Below are positions 9,637 to 20,125 of a DNA stretch of 60,007 bases, piece by piece. A model generated the notes under the pieces. The model had not been told where the DNA came from. It saw only the letters and a program-made list of their open reading frames with translations, and made no database searches. The position numbers were made by a program, and so were the translations under genes. Position 1 is the first letter of the stretch, and each line of letters begins with the position of its first letter. Source of the stretch: Desulfurococcaceae archaeon (GTDB lineage: Archaea > Thermoproteota > Thermoprotei_A > Sulfolobales > NBVN01); the NCBI GenBank assembly GCA_020833255.1, contig JAJHQR010000002.1, positions 1-60,007 of the forward strand. The letters are read 5' to 3'.

Positions 9637-10812
9637 GTGTGGAAAATGTTGGATAGGATAGAGGCCATGACTCCCGGTCAGGAAAAGCTTAAGGAAGCTC
9701 TCAAAGAAGACATATTCTCTATCGTAGGGATTTTCGGCCCTACAGGTGTTGGTAAGTCTTTATTCGCTCTAGCTTACGGGATCGGCTCGGTTAGTGAGGG
9801 GAAGTATAAGAGGCTGATCGTGATCAGACCGGTCATAGACGTTACGACAGGTAAGGAACTCACGGTAGCTGAGTCAGGACCCTTATTCATGGAACTCTCT
9901 AAACAGTACGTGACAGACGTCTTAAGCGGTTTAATGTCTTGGGAAGAGGTGGAGAAGTTAATAAGGGAGGGTAAGATAACCTTCGCCGACAGCCACTACC
10001 TCAAGGGGAGGACTTTCGATGACTCAATAGTTTTCATCGATGACGCTCAATCCATGAAGCTAGAATCACTCATTGAAGCCATAGTTAGGGTAGGCAAGAA
10101 CAGTAAGTTGATAGTTGCTGCCGACCCGATATTCCAGGCTTTGAGGAGCAAGCATCAAGACCCCACATCAGTTATACGGGAGATTTTAGCGGGTGAGGCT
10201 AGGGCGGCCGTGATCGACTTAGGGATAAAAGACATCGTTAGGGAGGGCGCTAGGATGGGCCTCAGATTACTCATGGAGTACATGCTTAGAACGAGGAAGT
10301 TGACGGATACGGAGCAGAAAGTTCTTGAAGTTGTTAAGCTGAAATCGCCTGACGCAGACGTCATAACAGTCTTAGATGTTGGTAAGCTGGCAACCAACTA
10401 CGGGATTTCCTTAGAGCACGTACCTAACTACCTAGTAGTCGTCAAGAAAGAGCATTTAGGGAGGCTGGTCGGCAAGGGTGGTGAGAGAATCACCTCAATA
10501 GAGAAGGAACTAAACGCTAGGGTGAGAGGCGTTGAGCTAGACACGGATATCTCAGAACTGATAAGAGCGGTACACCCAGTATCCTGGGTTTGGAAGAGGG
10601 TGGTGGACGTGGACTTCAAGGGCGCCTACATATTCGTTGAGGTAGAGGAGGGGGTTCTCGGAGCTTTCGTAGGTCAGAGAGGATCCTACGTGAGATTCCT
10701 AGACGCCATAACTAGAGAATTATTCGGTATAGGGGTTAAAGTCACTACCTCAAGCAAAGAGTCGAAGCCCGCGTCCGAGAAGAAACCTAAGAAATCCAAG
10801 AAGAGTTCTTGA
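9637..10812 (+). CDS. PhoH-family ATPase with C-terminal KH domains
   Basis: GPTGVGKS P-loop, LKGRTF, IDDAQ; GRLVGKGG and GAFVGQRG KH loops. Confidence 0.88.
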   Translation: MWKMLDRIEAMTPGQEKLKEALKEDIFSIVGIFGPTGVGKSLFALAYGIGSVSEGKYKRLIVIRPVIDVTTGKELTVAESGPLFMELSKQYVTDVLSGLMSWEEVEKLIREGKITFADSHYLKGRTFDDSIVFIDDAQSMKLESLIEAIVRVGKNSKLIVAADPIFQALRSKHQDPTSVIREILAGEARAAVIDLGIKDIVREGARMGLRLLMEYMLRTRKLTDTEQKVLEVVKLKSPDADVITVLDVGKLATNYGISLEHVPNYLVVVKKEHLGRLVGKGGERITSIEKELNARVRGVELDTDISELIRAVHPVSWVWKRVVDVDFKGAYIFVEVEEGVLGAFVGQRGSYVRFLDAITRELFGIGVKVTTSSKESKPASEKKPKKSKKSS

Positions 10813-10844
10813 AAGCATTGGAAACCCTCACACGAAGTTACCTC

Positions 10845-11711
10845 TCAACCACGACACACCCTTATGTCGTAGACTACCTGGTAATACCTGGGCCCAACAC
10901 TCCTTACCACTCTGCCGTACAGGAACTCGTAACGAACGCCGCTTCCGGCTAACTCCTCGCTAAACACCTCCTTCCCCTTAAGCAGGGCCTCATCCCTCTC
11001 CTCAGCACTCACGAAGTCGTAGACGTGAATCACGCCGCAATCCCTTAACGCTGAGATAGCGTCCCGTAAGTAAATACGTGAGTATTCCGGCAGGGGCATC
11101 AACACCCTGTCAGACATCCCGGTAAACTCCTTCACTACTTGCGCCGCGTCCCCTAACCTAGCCTCCACGACGTCCTCAACACCGTTCAGCGCTATGTTCT
11201 CACGCATTAACTCGTACGCGCGTGGATTTATGTCTATGGATATGACTTTCCTCGGCTTCGCTTTCTTAGCTATTATTATTGAGAAGAGACCGGCTCCGGC
11301 AAACATGTTTATTATGAACTCACCCGGTCTCACTAAATCCGCTATCCTCCTATGCTCGTAGTTTAGGGCCGGGGAGACGTACACGGAGTTTATGTCTACC
11401 TTGAAAACACACCCGTGCTCCCGGTAAGTAGTAACACTCCTGTTCTCACCTGCTAGTAAGACGTGCTCCCTAATCCTGTGCTGAGTCTTCACGGAAGTCA
11501 CCGCTAGCCACACAGACTTAACGTAAGGTAGCTTCCTAAGAATCTCCTCACCTAAAGGTACGAAAGCCTCGACCGGGAGGTCAGGGGGCTTCCTGATCAC
11601 CGCTATATCACCTATTATCTCCACCCTCCCCCAAATCTTCCTAGCGTTCTCAACCCCCAAGATCTCCTCAGCTATCTTCCTCAGCAACTTACCCCTACTC
11701 ATCTCGACCAC
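10845..11711 (-). CDS. Trm5/Taw2 (Met-10+) family tRNA methyltransferase
   Basis: IIGDIAVI, EHGCVFKVD, NMFAGAG, DRVLMPLP motifs. Confidence 0.85.
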   Translation of the reverse strand: MVEMSRGKLLRKIAEEILGVENARKIWGRVEIIGDIAVIRKPPDLPVEAFVPLGEEILRKLPYVKSVWLAVTSVKTQHRIREHVLLAGENRSVTTYREHGCVFKVDINSVYVSPALNYEHRRIADLVRPGEFIINMFAGAGLFSIIIAKKAKPRKVISIDINPRAYELMRENIALNGVEDVVEARLGDAAQVVKEFTGMSDRVLMPLPEYSRIYLRDAISALRDCGVIHVYDFVSAEERDEALLKGKEVFSEELAGSGVRYEFLYGRVVRSVGPRYYQVVYDIRVCRG

Positions 11712-11783
11712 TAATCGATTACCTTAACTCACCGACCTGAAATCCCTTAAGACTGTTTTTATAGTTTCGAAAAACTAATATAA

Positions 11784-12491
11784 TTGGTGGTATTTATGCC
11801 TACTATGAGGACCGGGTTAGTTATTGCAGGGGGGTACGCTACTAAAGTTAGGAGAGTGATCTTCGCTCAGCTATCCGAAGACATTAAAGAGAAAAGAATA
11901 GATAGTAAGACCGTGGCTTTCCACGTAGCGCAACTCAACAGGTTCTTGTTCACGGTACTGGTAGACAAGCTTAAAGTCGATAAGAGAGACGCCGTAAGGT
12001 TAAGCATCGATTACGAAGTAAGTGAAGGCAAGATACTCTGGAAATTTGATACGTTGAGGGTGGAGGTCTTTAGGAGAGTGCCGGACGAGGAGGTAACCGC
12101 CGTACTAACCGCGTTAGTGCCTGAAGCTGAGAAAATAATGGCTGCGCCAGTAGAGTATACCGTTGAGTATGCTGGGGAAACCAGCGACGGAGACAAGATC
12201 TACGTGCTGAAAGTCGGTGAGCGTGAGGGAGGTATCGTGGAGGTCATCCCGATAAACGAGGAATTCTTGTTCGTTAAGGTCGGCGTCTTGCTGGTGCCGG
12301 AACCTACTAAAATAGAGAAAGTAAGGGTAGCTCTCGAGGGCAGAACGCATGAGGAAGCTCTGAAAGCTTCTATCAACGACTTACTAGGTAGGGGCAAGCC
12401 CGTAGCGCCTGAGGAAGCAGACTCAATAATAAGTTACGTGAGGAGCAGACTAGGCGAGGTAAGGCCTGAAGCGAAGATAGAGTACGAGTAA
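11784..12491 (+). CDS. DUF2258 / ThermoDBP-related single-stranded nucleic-acid-binding protein
   Basis: MPTMRTGLVIAGGYATKVRRVIFAQL N-terminus is typical of DUF2258. Confidence 0.75.
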   Translation: MVVFMPTMRTGLVIAGGYATKVRRVIFAQLSEDIKEKRIDSKTVAFHVAQLNRFLFTVLVDKLKVDKRDAVRLSIDYEVSEGKILWKFDTLRVEVFRRVPDEEVTAVLTALVPEAEKIMAAPVEYTVEYAGETSDGDKIYVLKVGEREGGIVEVIPINEEFLFVKVGVLLVPEPTKIEKVRVALEGRTHEEALKASINDLLGRGKPVAPEEADSIISYVRSRLGEVRPEAKIEYE

Positions 12492-12496
12492 CGCAC

Positions 12497-13510
12497 TCAC
12501 CAAGGGAAAACATAAGGCTCAAAAACTTTTTTCAACGCCATAAAAGCCTCACCAGGCGTTAAAACAGGTTTTTCATAGTCGTGGAAATCCTCTATAGGTA
12601 GTCTAGGGCACGAGGTAATGACTATAGCGTCTAGCGTGCTTGAATCTACATCAATTAAAAGATCTCTCGTAAGGTATGAAGTCACGGCTACGTAGTACTT
12701 ACCCCCAGAACTGGTTATCAGCTTCGCGAGCTCGTTAATTATCCAGGGCCTGTATTGCCCTCCGCTACCAGCTATTATCAACCAAGACACGGCGTCCAGA
12801 GACTTCATTATCTTAGCAAACCTAGTCTTAAGAACCCTTGAAACGTACTCACCCAGGAAGCAGTATGCGTTCTCGTAAGGATCTAGCGAAATCACTTCCT
12901 TACTACCGCCGACCCTTAAACCAACACCTAACGCGTGGAACCTCCCGCCAGCCACCACCAAGAAAGCATCGACAGAATCCTTCACAGCATCCAAGCTAGA
13001 AAACCAGCACCCGAACACCACCTCAACACCCTTATTCACTACCTCAAACCCGTTACTACGGAGTTGTTTGACGATGTCCTTAGTCAGGTCCACGTGCTGA
13101 GCCGTCGTGTACACGGCTAACCTCACATACCCGTGTTTCCTTAAATCATTGATTAAGGAAGTCAAGACTTCGTGATCCGGCCTAGTCCTCGACTGCAAAT
13201 CAACGTAAACTACGTTACTTGGCGGACTCCAGTAAGGGTACTTCCTATGACCTAAGTGAATCACTAAATCATACCTACCCGCAACCCCTACGTCTATGAG
13301 GCATGAACCAAACGAGGGGCTTGCGTCTATGTGTATCTCCGCACCCCCCAGTATCTCCCTCAAGTAGTCTATTATCTCGTAAGACCTGTTCTTGAACCCC
13401 TCAGGGACTTGAAGGAGTATTTTAGAGGGTTTCCTCTCCTTAACCACCCTAGAAAGCTCGCTAACGTCAATATAGTAGTAGTCGAGAAACGAGTTCTTAG
13501 GTAAGCTCAT
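12497..13510 (-). CDS. dph2: Diphthamide biosynthesis enzyme Dph2
   Basis: LLQVPEG, FGSC, HLGH, VFGC and TSCPRL (three Fe-S cysteines). Confidence 0.9.
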   Translation of the reverse strand: MSLPKNSFLDYYYIDVSELSRVVKERKPSKILLQVPEGFKNRSYEIIDYLREILGGAEIHIDASPSFGSCLIDVGVAGRYDLVIHLGHRKYPYWSPPSNVVYVDLQSRTRPDHEVLTSLINDLRKHGYVRLAVYTTAQHVDLTKDIVKQLRSNGFEVVNKGVEVVFGCWFSSLDAVKDSVDAFLVVAGGRFHALGVGLRVGGSKEVISLDPYENAYCFLGEYVSRVLKTRFAKIMKSLDAVSWLIIAGSGGQYRPWIINELAKLITSSGGKYYVAVTSYLTRDLLIDVDSSTLDAIVITSCPRLPIEDFHDYEKPVLTPGEAFMALKKVFEPYVFPW

Positions 13511-14058
13511 TTCTGCGTTTCCGCCGCGTTAGTGGGGGTGGCTGAGCTACCGGGTTTTAACTCCCTTACCCGCAACATGGTTCTAATACCTATCTTATCT
13601 CTGAATCGCCTTAAAGCCTCCTTAGCTTGAGGCAGGTTCTTAGCGGAGATCCTCACCTCCGCTATCACACTACCGTAGAAAACTCTTGCGCCAACACCAA
13701 CGGGTTTTCCGAAGGCCTTACGCATGCCGTCCTGAAGTCTGTCAGCTCCTGCGAAAGCCATCATCTTATTCTCTCTGAGTACGTGATGAGGGTATTGCCT
13801 GACCATGAAGAAGTACTTGTCCTCCCCGACGTACTTGCTTAAGTATTTATGAGCCATGACTCTAGCGGCTTCAAGCCCGTTATGCCTCAGTATAGCGTTC
13901 TCTAAAGAAATCAGCTCAACGACTAGTTCGTAATCCCCGCGAGGGTTGCCCATGACGAACTTACTTATCTTAGGTTGCGGTATGCCGTCTATGTATTCCT
14001 TCCTCGTGTACGGGGGCTTGTGCATGTCTTTATAGCATCTAGCAGGTCTTAACGGCAC
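13507..14058 (-). CDS. rpl10e: 50S ribosomal protein L10e (uL16)
   Basis: MPLRPARCY and LRENKMMAFAGADRLQDGMR. Confidence 0.95.
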   Translation of the reverse strand: MPLRPARCYKDMHKPPYTRKEYIDGIPQPKISKFVMGNPRGDYELVVELISLENAILRHNGLEAARVMAHKYLSKYVGEDKYFFMVRQYPHHVLRENKMMAFAGADRLQDGMRKAFGKPVGVGARVFYGSVIAEVRISAKNLPQAKEALRRFRDKIGIRTMLRVRELKPGSSATPTNAAETQK

Positions 14059-14092
14059 TCTCTACCACCAAAGATTACTGAGTTGAAGGTTT

Positions 14093-14812
14093 TTAAGTAT
14101 GTGTGTCTCTCGACCTCAGCTGAAACACTATCTTCTTCAACACCCTGTATAAAGCCCCGCACTCAGGGTTTCTAGGGTTGGCTCTAAACAAGATGTTCCT
14201 GAATGCCCTAACACCTTTATCGTCGTCGAGTAACTTACTCAACTCCTCCAACTCCTTCCTCAAAGCCTTCAACACGTTCTCCTCACACTCACTAACCTCG
14301 TAAGACTCCCTCATCGAAGCTCTGAGGACCTCGTACATGTAGATAGCTACCGCGTGCGATAAGTTAAGCACGTTGTAGTCGGTCCCTGTGTCCAGAGTGG
14401 ACACTAAGTCACACTTATCTAATTCCTCTCTTTTAAGACCCACGCTCTCCCTACCGAAGACTAGAGCCACCTTACCGGATTTAGGTAAGACATAGCTTAA
14501 TAGGTAGGGAGGTAGTGACTGTCTTAACACGTCCGACTCTAAATCAGCTATTGAGGTAGTGCATATAGATAACCTAACGCCTGAAAGACATTCCTCAACA
14601 CTAGACTTAACGGCCACGCTACTCAGTAACTCAGCACCTCTCGCGGCAAACTCCCTAACTTCAGGATCGCTTAAATCAAACTGCGGGCTAACCACACATA
14701 AGTCGTTAATACCGAAGTTTCTAGCAAGCCTTAATATGAAGCCCATGTTAATTCTTCCTTCAGGACCAACCACCACTAACCTGACGTCAGGCTTAGCCAA
14801 CGCGCTACCCAT
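14093..14812 (-). CDS. TrmJ/SpoU-family tRNA 2'-O-methyltransferase
   Basis: P..RINMGFILR..RNFG, ALVFGRESVGL, YNVLNLSHAV SPOUT motifs; start moved to ATG 14812. Confidence 0.85.
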   Translation of the reverse strand: MGSALAKPDVRLVVVGPEGRINMGFILRLARNFGINDLCVVSPQFDLSDPEVREFAARGAELLSSVAVKSSVEECLSGVRLSICTTSIADLESDVLRQSLPPYLLSYVLPKSGKVALVFGRESVGLKREELDKCDLVSTLDTGTDYNVLNLSHAVAIYMYEVLRASMRESYEVSECEENVLKALRKELEELSKLLDDDKGVRAFRNILFRANPRNPECGALYRVLKKIVFQLRSRDTHT

Positions 14813-14893
14813 AAAATCAAGTACTCGACACTTAAAATACGTATCACGCGCCACCCATACCCTCAAGGAACTTCTTCAGCCTGAACAGTGGCG

Positions 14894-15604
14894 TTACCGC
14901 GTGCGAGGAACCTCAGCTCTCACAGTAGTTTCCTCGCCCGGCTTAAGCACTATGAGCTCTGCCGCGACACCGAACTCTATCAAGTAACGTCTGAATTCTT
15001 CTGGCGTGCCTCTCAACATGGGGAAGGTGCCGTAATGCATTGGGATAACGTACTTGGGGTTCAGGAGATGCGCGGCGTACGCGGCTTCCCTAGGCCCCAT
15101 AGTGAAGTGCCCTCCGATCGGTAAGAGCGCTACTAACGGCTTATATAGTTCGCCGACGAGCTTCATCTCGTAAGTTAATCCTGTGTCGCCGGCATGGTAT
15201 ACCGTATTCCCTAACTTACTTATTAAGACCCCTGTCGGCGCCCCCTTACCGCTAGAGTGGAGCGCCGGGGTTAACACTACCTCAAATCCTTCCCCTAAGT
15301 CTATAGGTCCCCCTATATTACCCCCGATAGCTCTCTGCTCACTACCTAGTTCTTCAGCTATGTATGAAGCTAGCTCATATATAGCTACTGCCTTAGAGCT
15401 AGGGCAGTTCCTCAATATTTCAAGAGCGTTACCTACGTGATCCCCGTGATCGTGCGTCACCACTATGAAGTCCCCGCATACTTGATTCAACTTCTTCTCA
15501 GGGGATACAGGGTTTAATATCCAGGGATCTATCAAGAAGACCTTACCAAACATCTCTATCTTGAAAGCCGCATGACCAAACCACTTAATCTTTATATCAT
15601 ACAT
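14894..15604 (-). CDS. Metallo-beta-lactamase-fold hydrolase (UPF0173-like)
   Basis: WFGHA, IDPW, THDHGDH, YHAGDT, IPMHYGTF. Confidence 0.88.
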   Translation of the reverse strand: MYDIKIKWFGHAAFKIEMFGKVFLIDPWILNPVSPEKKLNQVCGDFIVVTHDHGDHVGNALEILRNCPSSKAVAIYELASYIAEELGSEQRAIGGNIGGPIDLGEGFEVVLTPALHSSGKGAPTGVLISKLGNTVYHAGDTGLTYEMKLVGELYKPLVALLPIGGHFTMGPREAAYAAHLLNPKYVIPMHYGTFPMLRGTPEEFRRYLIEFGVAAELIVLKPGEETTVRAEVPRTR

Positions 15605-15743
15605 TTAACACACCTTAAATAATATTACTTACGAGATCTAAAATATCTTCACTAAGTGAAGAACGACGCGCTAGATTAGTTCGCGATTCGTTGAGGGTCG
15701 TGGATTACTAATATTATTTTATGGTCACCTTAACATATTTAGA

Positions 15744-16682
15744 GTGGTGTTGAACACGAGTGACGCGGAGTTCGTGGAAGCGTATCTGAGGGCTGGCGAG
15801 ATAGCTTACAGGGTTAAGAAATCCGTTGTCTCGTTAGTTAAGCCTTCCACCAGATTACTTGATTTAGCTGAGAGGGTGGAGGAGTTGATAAGGTCTTTCG
15901 GTGGTGAGCCTGCTTTCCCAACCAACATATCGGTTAATGAGATAGCTGCTCATGACACCCCCTACGTAGGTGATTCTAGAGTGATTACTGAGGACTCGCT
16001 AGTTAAGATTGATTTAGGGGTTCACGTGAACGGGTTCATAGCTGACACAGCGATCACGGTAACCCTCTCAGATAAGGCGGTTAAGCTGGTTGAAGCTACT
16101 GAGGAAGCTTTACGTAAAGCGTTGACTTCCTTAAGCCCCGGAACACCTATAAACGCTGTGGGGAGGGCTGTGGAGGCAGTCGCTAAGAAATACGGGTTTA
16201 ACGTGATCAAGAACCTGACGGGCCACTCTCTAGGCAGGTACTTAATACATGCCGGTGAGGTTATCCCCAACCACTTCACCAGGCTAGCTCTAGGTAAGTT
16301 ATCTAACGGCAGAGCATACGCTATAGAGCCTTTCCTAACCCCGGGTAAGGGCTACGTGGAGGAAGTAAGGACCTCTACCTACATATACGCGTTAAACACA
16401 GGCTTCAAAAACAAGCAGGTCACGGAGGAAGAATCTCTCCTAATAAAAACCATATACGAGAAGTTTAGGACCCTCCCACTATGTGAGAGATGGCTTACAA
16501 GAGAATTCAGTGATTTAAGTAGGTTGCGGGCACTGCTCCAGAGCTTGGTAAGGAAATCAGTTCTTACAGCATACCCCGTCTTAAGGGAAGTGAGCGGTAA
16601 TCTAGTAGCTCAGTTCGAGGAAACAATCCTGGTAAGTGGTGGCAGGATCATAATCACGACTAACCCGGAGCTAAACAAATGA
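15744..16682 (+). CDS. map: Methionine aminopeptidase type II
   Basis: PAFPTNIS.NEIAAH, KIDLGVHVNGFIADTA, NLTGH, AIEPF, AQFEET. Confidence 0.93.
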   Translation: MVLNTSDAEFVEAYLRAGEIAYRVKKSVVSLVKPSTRLLDLAERVEELIRSFGGEPAFPTNISVNEIAAHDTPYVGDSRVITEDSLVKIDLGVHVNGFIADTAITVTLSDKAVKLVEATEEALRKALTSLSPGTPINAVGRAVEAVAKKYGFNVIKNLTGHSLGRYLIHAGEVIPNHFTRLALGKLSNGRAYAIEPFLTPGKGYVEEVRTSTYIYALNTGFKNKQVTEEESLLIKTIYEKFRTLPLCERWLTREFSDLSRLRALLQSLVRKSVLTAYPVLREVSGNLVAQFEETILVSGGRIIITTNPELNK

Positions 16683-16799
16683 GTTGCTTCCGTGTTGAGC
16701 AGCCCCCCATATAGAAGAACGACTTAGTCATAGATTGCTAAACGAAAAATATAAATGTTTTAAGACTTAGGTTAGTGTGGTAAGTCGGGGTGTGAGTGA

Positions 16800-17897
16800 G
16801 TGGACGGGGTTCAGGACTGGACTTCTATGCTGATAGCAATCCTAATACTATCTTCCTTCATACTTAACTTCACGGATATACCGCAGAAGATTCAGTTCAC
16901 GCGGTACTCCTCTGTTGTGAGGAGAAAGCTTATGGAGTTAATAGAGTTTGAGGAAGAGGGTAGGAGGAAGTCGATAAAGTATTTGAAGGACATGAACTTA
17001 CCTAACCCGAAAACCCTCATAGACGACTACGTTGATAATTTCTTCATGATATTCCCTGTCGAGAGGGAACCTATTGACGTGATAAAGAGGTTGAAGCATT
17101 TGCTGAGAACACGTGATGAAGCTGTTAAGAGGTATGTTCTAGATAAAGTCCCTAACGTCTCAGAAATTGATAGGCAGAGGATTGAGGTGTTGCTAGAGCT
17201 TAACTCTGTACTTACCTACATAAACAAAGTAGTGAAGCATTACTATAACCTAGGCGTTAAGTTTAATGACTGGATCATGATGATGCAGTTAGCTCTCCAG
17301 ATAAACCAGATAGTCAGGCTAGCTAAAGCGTATAGAGACGCCATAGACTCATTCGGGGTGGGCGCGCCGATAGGGGATGGTGCCGGCGCCTTAGTCGCTA
17401 GAATGCTCTTAGGCAACGTTTCCGGAGCCTCGGAGATAGCTCCGGAGACCGTCTTGTACGAGACCTCGTTTGAGGGTAGGAAACTCTACGTGATAAAAGC
17501 TAAGGGCCCGGGACCCACGGTAGGATGGCCTGGTGAGGCGTTGGAGAAACTCGTTGACAGTCTTGAATGCAGGATCTCTAGAATAATAACTGTTGACGCA
17601 GCCTTAAAACTCGAGAGCGAGAAGAGCGGTGAGGTAGCCTACGGTGTTGGTGCGGCCATAGGTGATTTAGGGCCTGAGAAGATAGCTATGGAGAGAATAG
17701 CTTCTAGGTGCTCGGTACCGCTAGACGCGGTAGTGATTAAGATGAGTAACGAGGAAGCTATAAACACCATGACTAAGCAAGTCTACGAGGGTGTTGTGAG
17801 AGCAGCCGACATAGTCAAGAACACGATACTTAGTAAGACGAGGGAAGGCGACGCAGTAGTGGTTGTAGGGGTGGGCAACACCCTAGGCATAGAGTGA
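16800..17897 (+). CDS. DUF1512 family protein
   Basis: PIGDGAG, KAKGPG, IITVDAALKLE and GVGNTLGI motifs. Confidence 0.8.
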   Translation: MDGVQDWTSMLIAILILSSFILNFTDIPQKIQFTRYSSVVRRKLMELIEFEEEGRRKSIKYLKDMNLPNPKTLIDDYVDNFFMIFPVEREPIDVIKRLKHLLRTRDEAVKRYVLDKVPNVSEIDRQRIEVLLELNSVLTYINKVVKHYYNLGVKFNDWIMMMQLALQINQIVRLAKAYRDAIDSFGVGAPIGDGAGALVARMLLGNVSGASEIAPETVLYETSFEGRKLYVIKAKGPGPTVGWPGEALEKLVDSLECRISRIITVDAALKLESEKSGEVAYGVGAAIGDLGPEKIAMERIASRCSVPLDAVVIKMSNEEAINTMTKQVYEGVVRAADIVKNTILSKTREGDAVVVVGVGNTLGIE

Positions 17898-17898
17898 G

Positions 17899-18201
17899 GT
17901 GATGTCTGTGTTACTGGAATTAGACCCTCTCTACATACTCCTCATAGCCATAATCGTTTTCCTATCATCTTACCTGCTAATCTCTTACTTGAGAGAATCC
18001 TCAACACAGAAGAAGGAGGAGAAAGGCAAGATAGTCACTGTAAAGAAGTGCCTCAGCTGCAATTACGTGTTAAATAAGCCGTACGACAAGGGGGAGTACG
18101 TAGGTAGGGTAGGGGAGAAATGCCCTAAATGTGGCGGGGAGATGATGGTCACTGCAATATATCTTGAGACTCCGCCGCAACCCCAAGAAGCAATCTCATG
18201 A
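17899..18201 (+). CDS. Membrane-anchored zinc-ribbon protein
   Basis: N-terminal TM, CLSC...CPKC; coupled to the DUF1512 gene. Confidence 0.75.
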   Translation: MMSVLLELDPLYILLIAIIVFLSSYLLISYLRESSTQKKEEKGKIVTVKKCLSCNYVLNKPYDKGEYVGRVGEKCPKCGGEMMVTAIYLETPPQPQEAIS

Positions 18202-18543
18202 ACTACTCCCCCCAGAACATTCTTTAAGTATGTGGTCACGCACCACGTAGTAGATATCTCCTGAAACCTCCTCGCATTTAATCCCTTTGATATGGAATGA
18301 TATTGCTTTAAGAATGCCTTCTACTGTAGAGCCTTCAACACGAAGTGAGAAATCCCCCAGCCGAAGCCACTCAGACCAACATACTTCTACATTACCTACG
18401 TGAAGACACTCACTCTTAGGGAAGCAGTAAGGCAGGGCAGGCAAATCACCCACTAAATCGGCAGTGCCGTCGTCACCGCATACCGCAACAATCTTAACAA
18501 ACTCCTCCACCACGTACTCAGTAACCCGAACCATCCACACCAC
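18196..18543 (-). CDS. Hypothetical protein
   Basis: 115-aa ORF filling the gap between genes; no family recognised. Confidence 0.5.
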   Translation of the reverse strand: MVWMVRVTEYVVEEFVKIVAVCGDDGTADLVGDLPALPYCFPKSECLHVGNVEVCWSEWLRLGDFSLRVEGSTVEGILKAISFHIKGIKCEEVSGDIYYVVRDHILKECSGGSSS

Positions 18544-18681
18544 CGCTAAACATACATAGCTTAAAACTGAAAAATCCCTATTAAACGACGAAAATCAAGT
18601 ATTTCACAGAAACCTCGAAGTAATGGAAAGGATTTAAAACATGTCGCTATATTATTTATGGTCCGTGAGTGGCGGGACTTG

Positions 18682-18739
18682 ATTAGATGATGAAGGTTGA
18701 AAGCGATGATTTAATGATTTGAGGCTGGGGGCTGATCCA
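18682..18739 (+). ncRNA. Box C/D sRNA
   Basis: C ATGATGA (18687-93), 12-nt guide, D' ATGA, C' ATGATTT, 11-nt guide, D CTGA (18732-35); intergenic, with TTTAAAA upstream. Confidence 0.8.
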
Positions 18740-18813
18740 AAACGTCTCGGCATATTCCCGCAACTCTTCCTCAACCCTAATTTAAGGATCCGGAAATTAT
18801 CTTAGGGGGGTGC

Positions 18814-19395
18814 TTGATGGGTAAAGCTATAGTTATTTCCGGGACTCCCGGGGTTGGTAAGACGTTGGTTGCGACCCGGCTTGCGTCTAGGTTAGGTCTT
18901 AGCTACTTAAACTTATCGGATCTGGTTGTGAGGGAATCCCTGTATGTTGGCGTAGACGAGGTTAGGGGTTCTCTTATAATAGATGAGGAACGCTTAGTAA
19001 GCAGGCTCACCGAGTTATTGAGCGGGAGTGAATCCGACGTTATCGTAGACAGTCACTACGGTGAGGTAATCCCTGACGAGTTCGTTAAGACGGTATTCGT
19101 GCTTAGGCTAAACCCGGCCGTATTGTACGAGAGGCTTGCTTCGAGAGGGTGGGGTAAAGAGAAAGTTAGGGAGAATGTGGAAGCTGAAATACTGGGTATA
19201 TGCACTTACAACGCTTTAAACGAACACCCGGAAACTAAGGTGTGTGAGGTAGACGTAACTAATAAGGAAGTCGATGAGGTGGTGGAGGAAATCGTGAACG
19301 TACTCAATAACGTTAAGGAGTGTGAGGTGTGGGTTGACTGGCTATCTAACGAAGCACTGAAAGACTTCATCACCGAGCTCCTCAATACTTCCTAA
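18814..19395 (+). CDS. Adenylate kinase, AK6/Fap7 family
   Basis: SGTPGVGKT, VDSH, RL.SRGW..EKVRENVEAE. Confidence 0.88.
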   Translation: MMGKAIVISGTPGVGKTLVATRLASRLGLSYLNLSDLVVRESLYVGVDEVRGSLIIDEERLVSRLTELLSGSESDVIVDSHYGEVIPDEFVKTVFVLRLNPAVLYERLASRGWGKEKVRENVEAEILGICTYNALNEHPETKVCEVDVTNKEVDEVVEEIVNVLNNVKECEVWVDWLSNEALKDFITELLNTS

Positions 19396-19450
19396 CACTA
19401 ACTTAATGAAATCTATTAAGGTCTATTTTTAAAGACTGACCAAATAATAT

Positions 19451-19846
19451 TTGTCGGTGCTTCGAGTGGAGTTACGTGAGGGCTTGCTACGCGATGAGTG
19501 CACGGTGACAAGCATACGTAAGTCGTTAATACCTGGGATCGTAATAGTTTCTTTAGACTGCCAAGGAAGTAAGGTCGAGTTTGACGTGCTGAAGGAATTG
19601 CTAGTCGTTTCAGAGGGTAGTAAGACGGAGTATACCCTAAGTAGGGAGAAACCAGAATACGACGAGAAAAAAGACTTCGTCGCATGGGGTTACGTAATAA
19701 GCAAGAAAAACGTGGAGGCAACCCCGCCTAAGCAAAAACTGATTGTGTCGTTATGGGGCTACATGGTGATGATAGAATCTAGCGAAAACATCAATAGCTG
19801 CTTCAACCTAATGGATAAGGTCTACTTCAAACTAAAGCATTCATGA
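19451..19846 (+). CDS. rpoG: DNA-directed RNA polymerase subunit G (Rpo8)
   Basis: DFVAWGYV, IVSLWGY and DKVYF pattern of crenarchaeal Rpo8. Confidence 0.75.
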   Translation: MSVLRVELREGLLRDECTVTSIRKSLIPGIVIVSLDCQGSKVEFDVLKELLVVSEGSKTEYTLSREKPEYDEKKDFVAWGYVISKKNVEATPPKQKLIVSLWGYMVMIESSENINSCFNLMDKVYFKLKHS

Positions 19847-19936
19847 CTCGCGTTCTGCTAGCAGGCAAAAGAGTTAAGGCATCGACTCAAGAAGGTATTC
19901 AGTCTGGATTAAGAAGTCCTCGATTACTGAGACTTC

Positions 19937-20125
19937 TTAAGCCCTACCCATTACCTTCACTCTATCCAGCCTAGGCTTCGAGAATGCTTTGCCACACCCA
20001 GGACACCTACTACCTATCTTACTAAAGAGCTCGTCCGGTGTCGGCACCCCAAAACTATCTTGCCCGACAGACCTGAACACGAAGAGAGTCTTACCGCAGG
20101 AACCGCACCTGTATATGACCGGCAT
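19937..20125 (-). CDS. Small zinc-ribbon protein
   Basis: YRCGSCG...GQDSFGVPTP...CPGCG. Confidence 0.75.
   Translation of the reverse strand: MPVIYRCGSCGKTLFVFRSVGQDSFGVPTPDELFSKIGSRCPGCGKAFSKPRLDRVKVMGRA

Noticed and set aside
15660..15710. Weak inverted repeat between divergent promoters (AACGA-CGCG...CGCG-AT-TCGTT)
   Set aside because: Short, interrupted and single-copy; compatible with chance.
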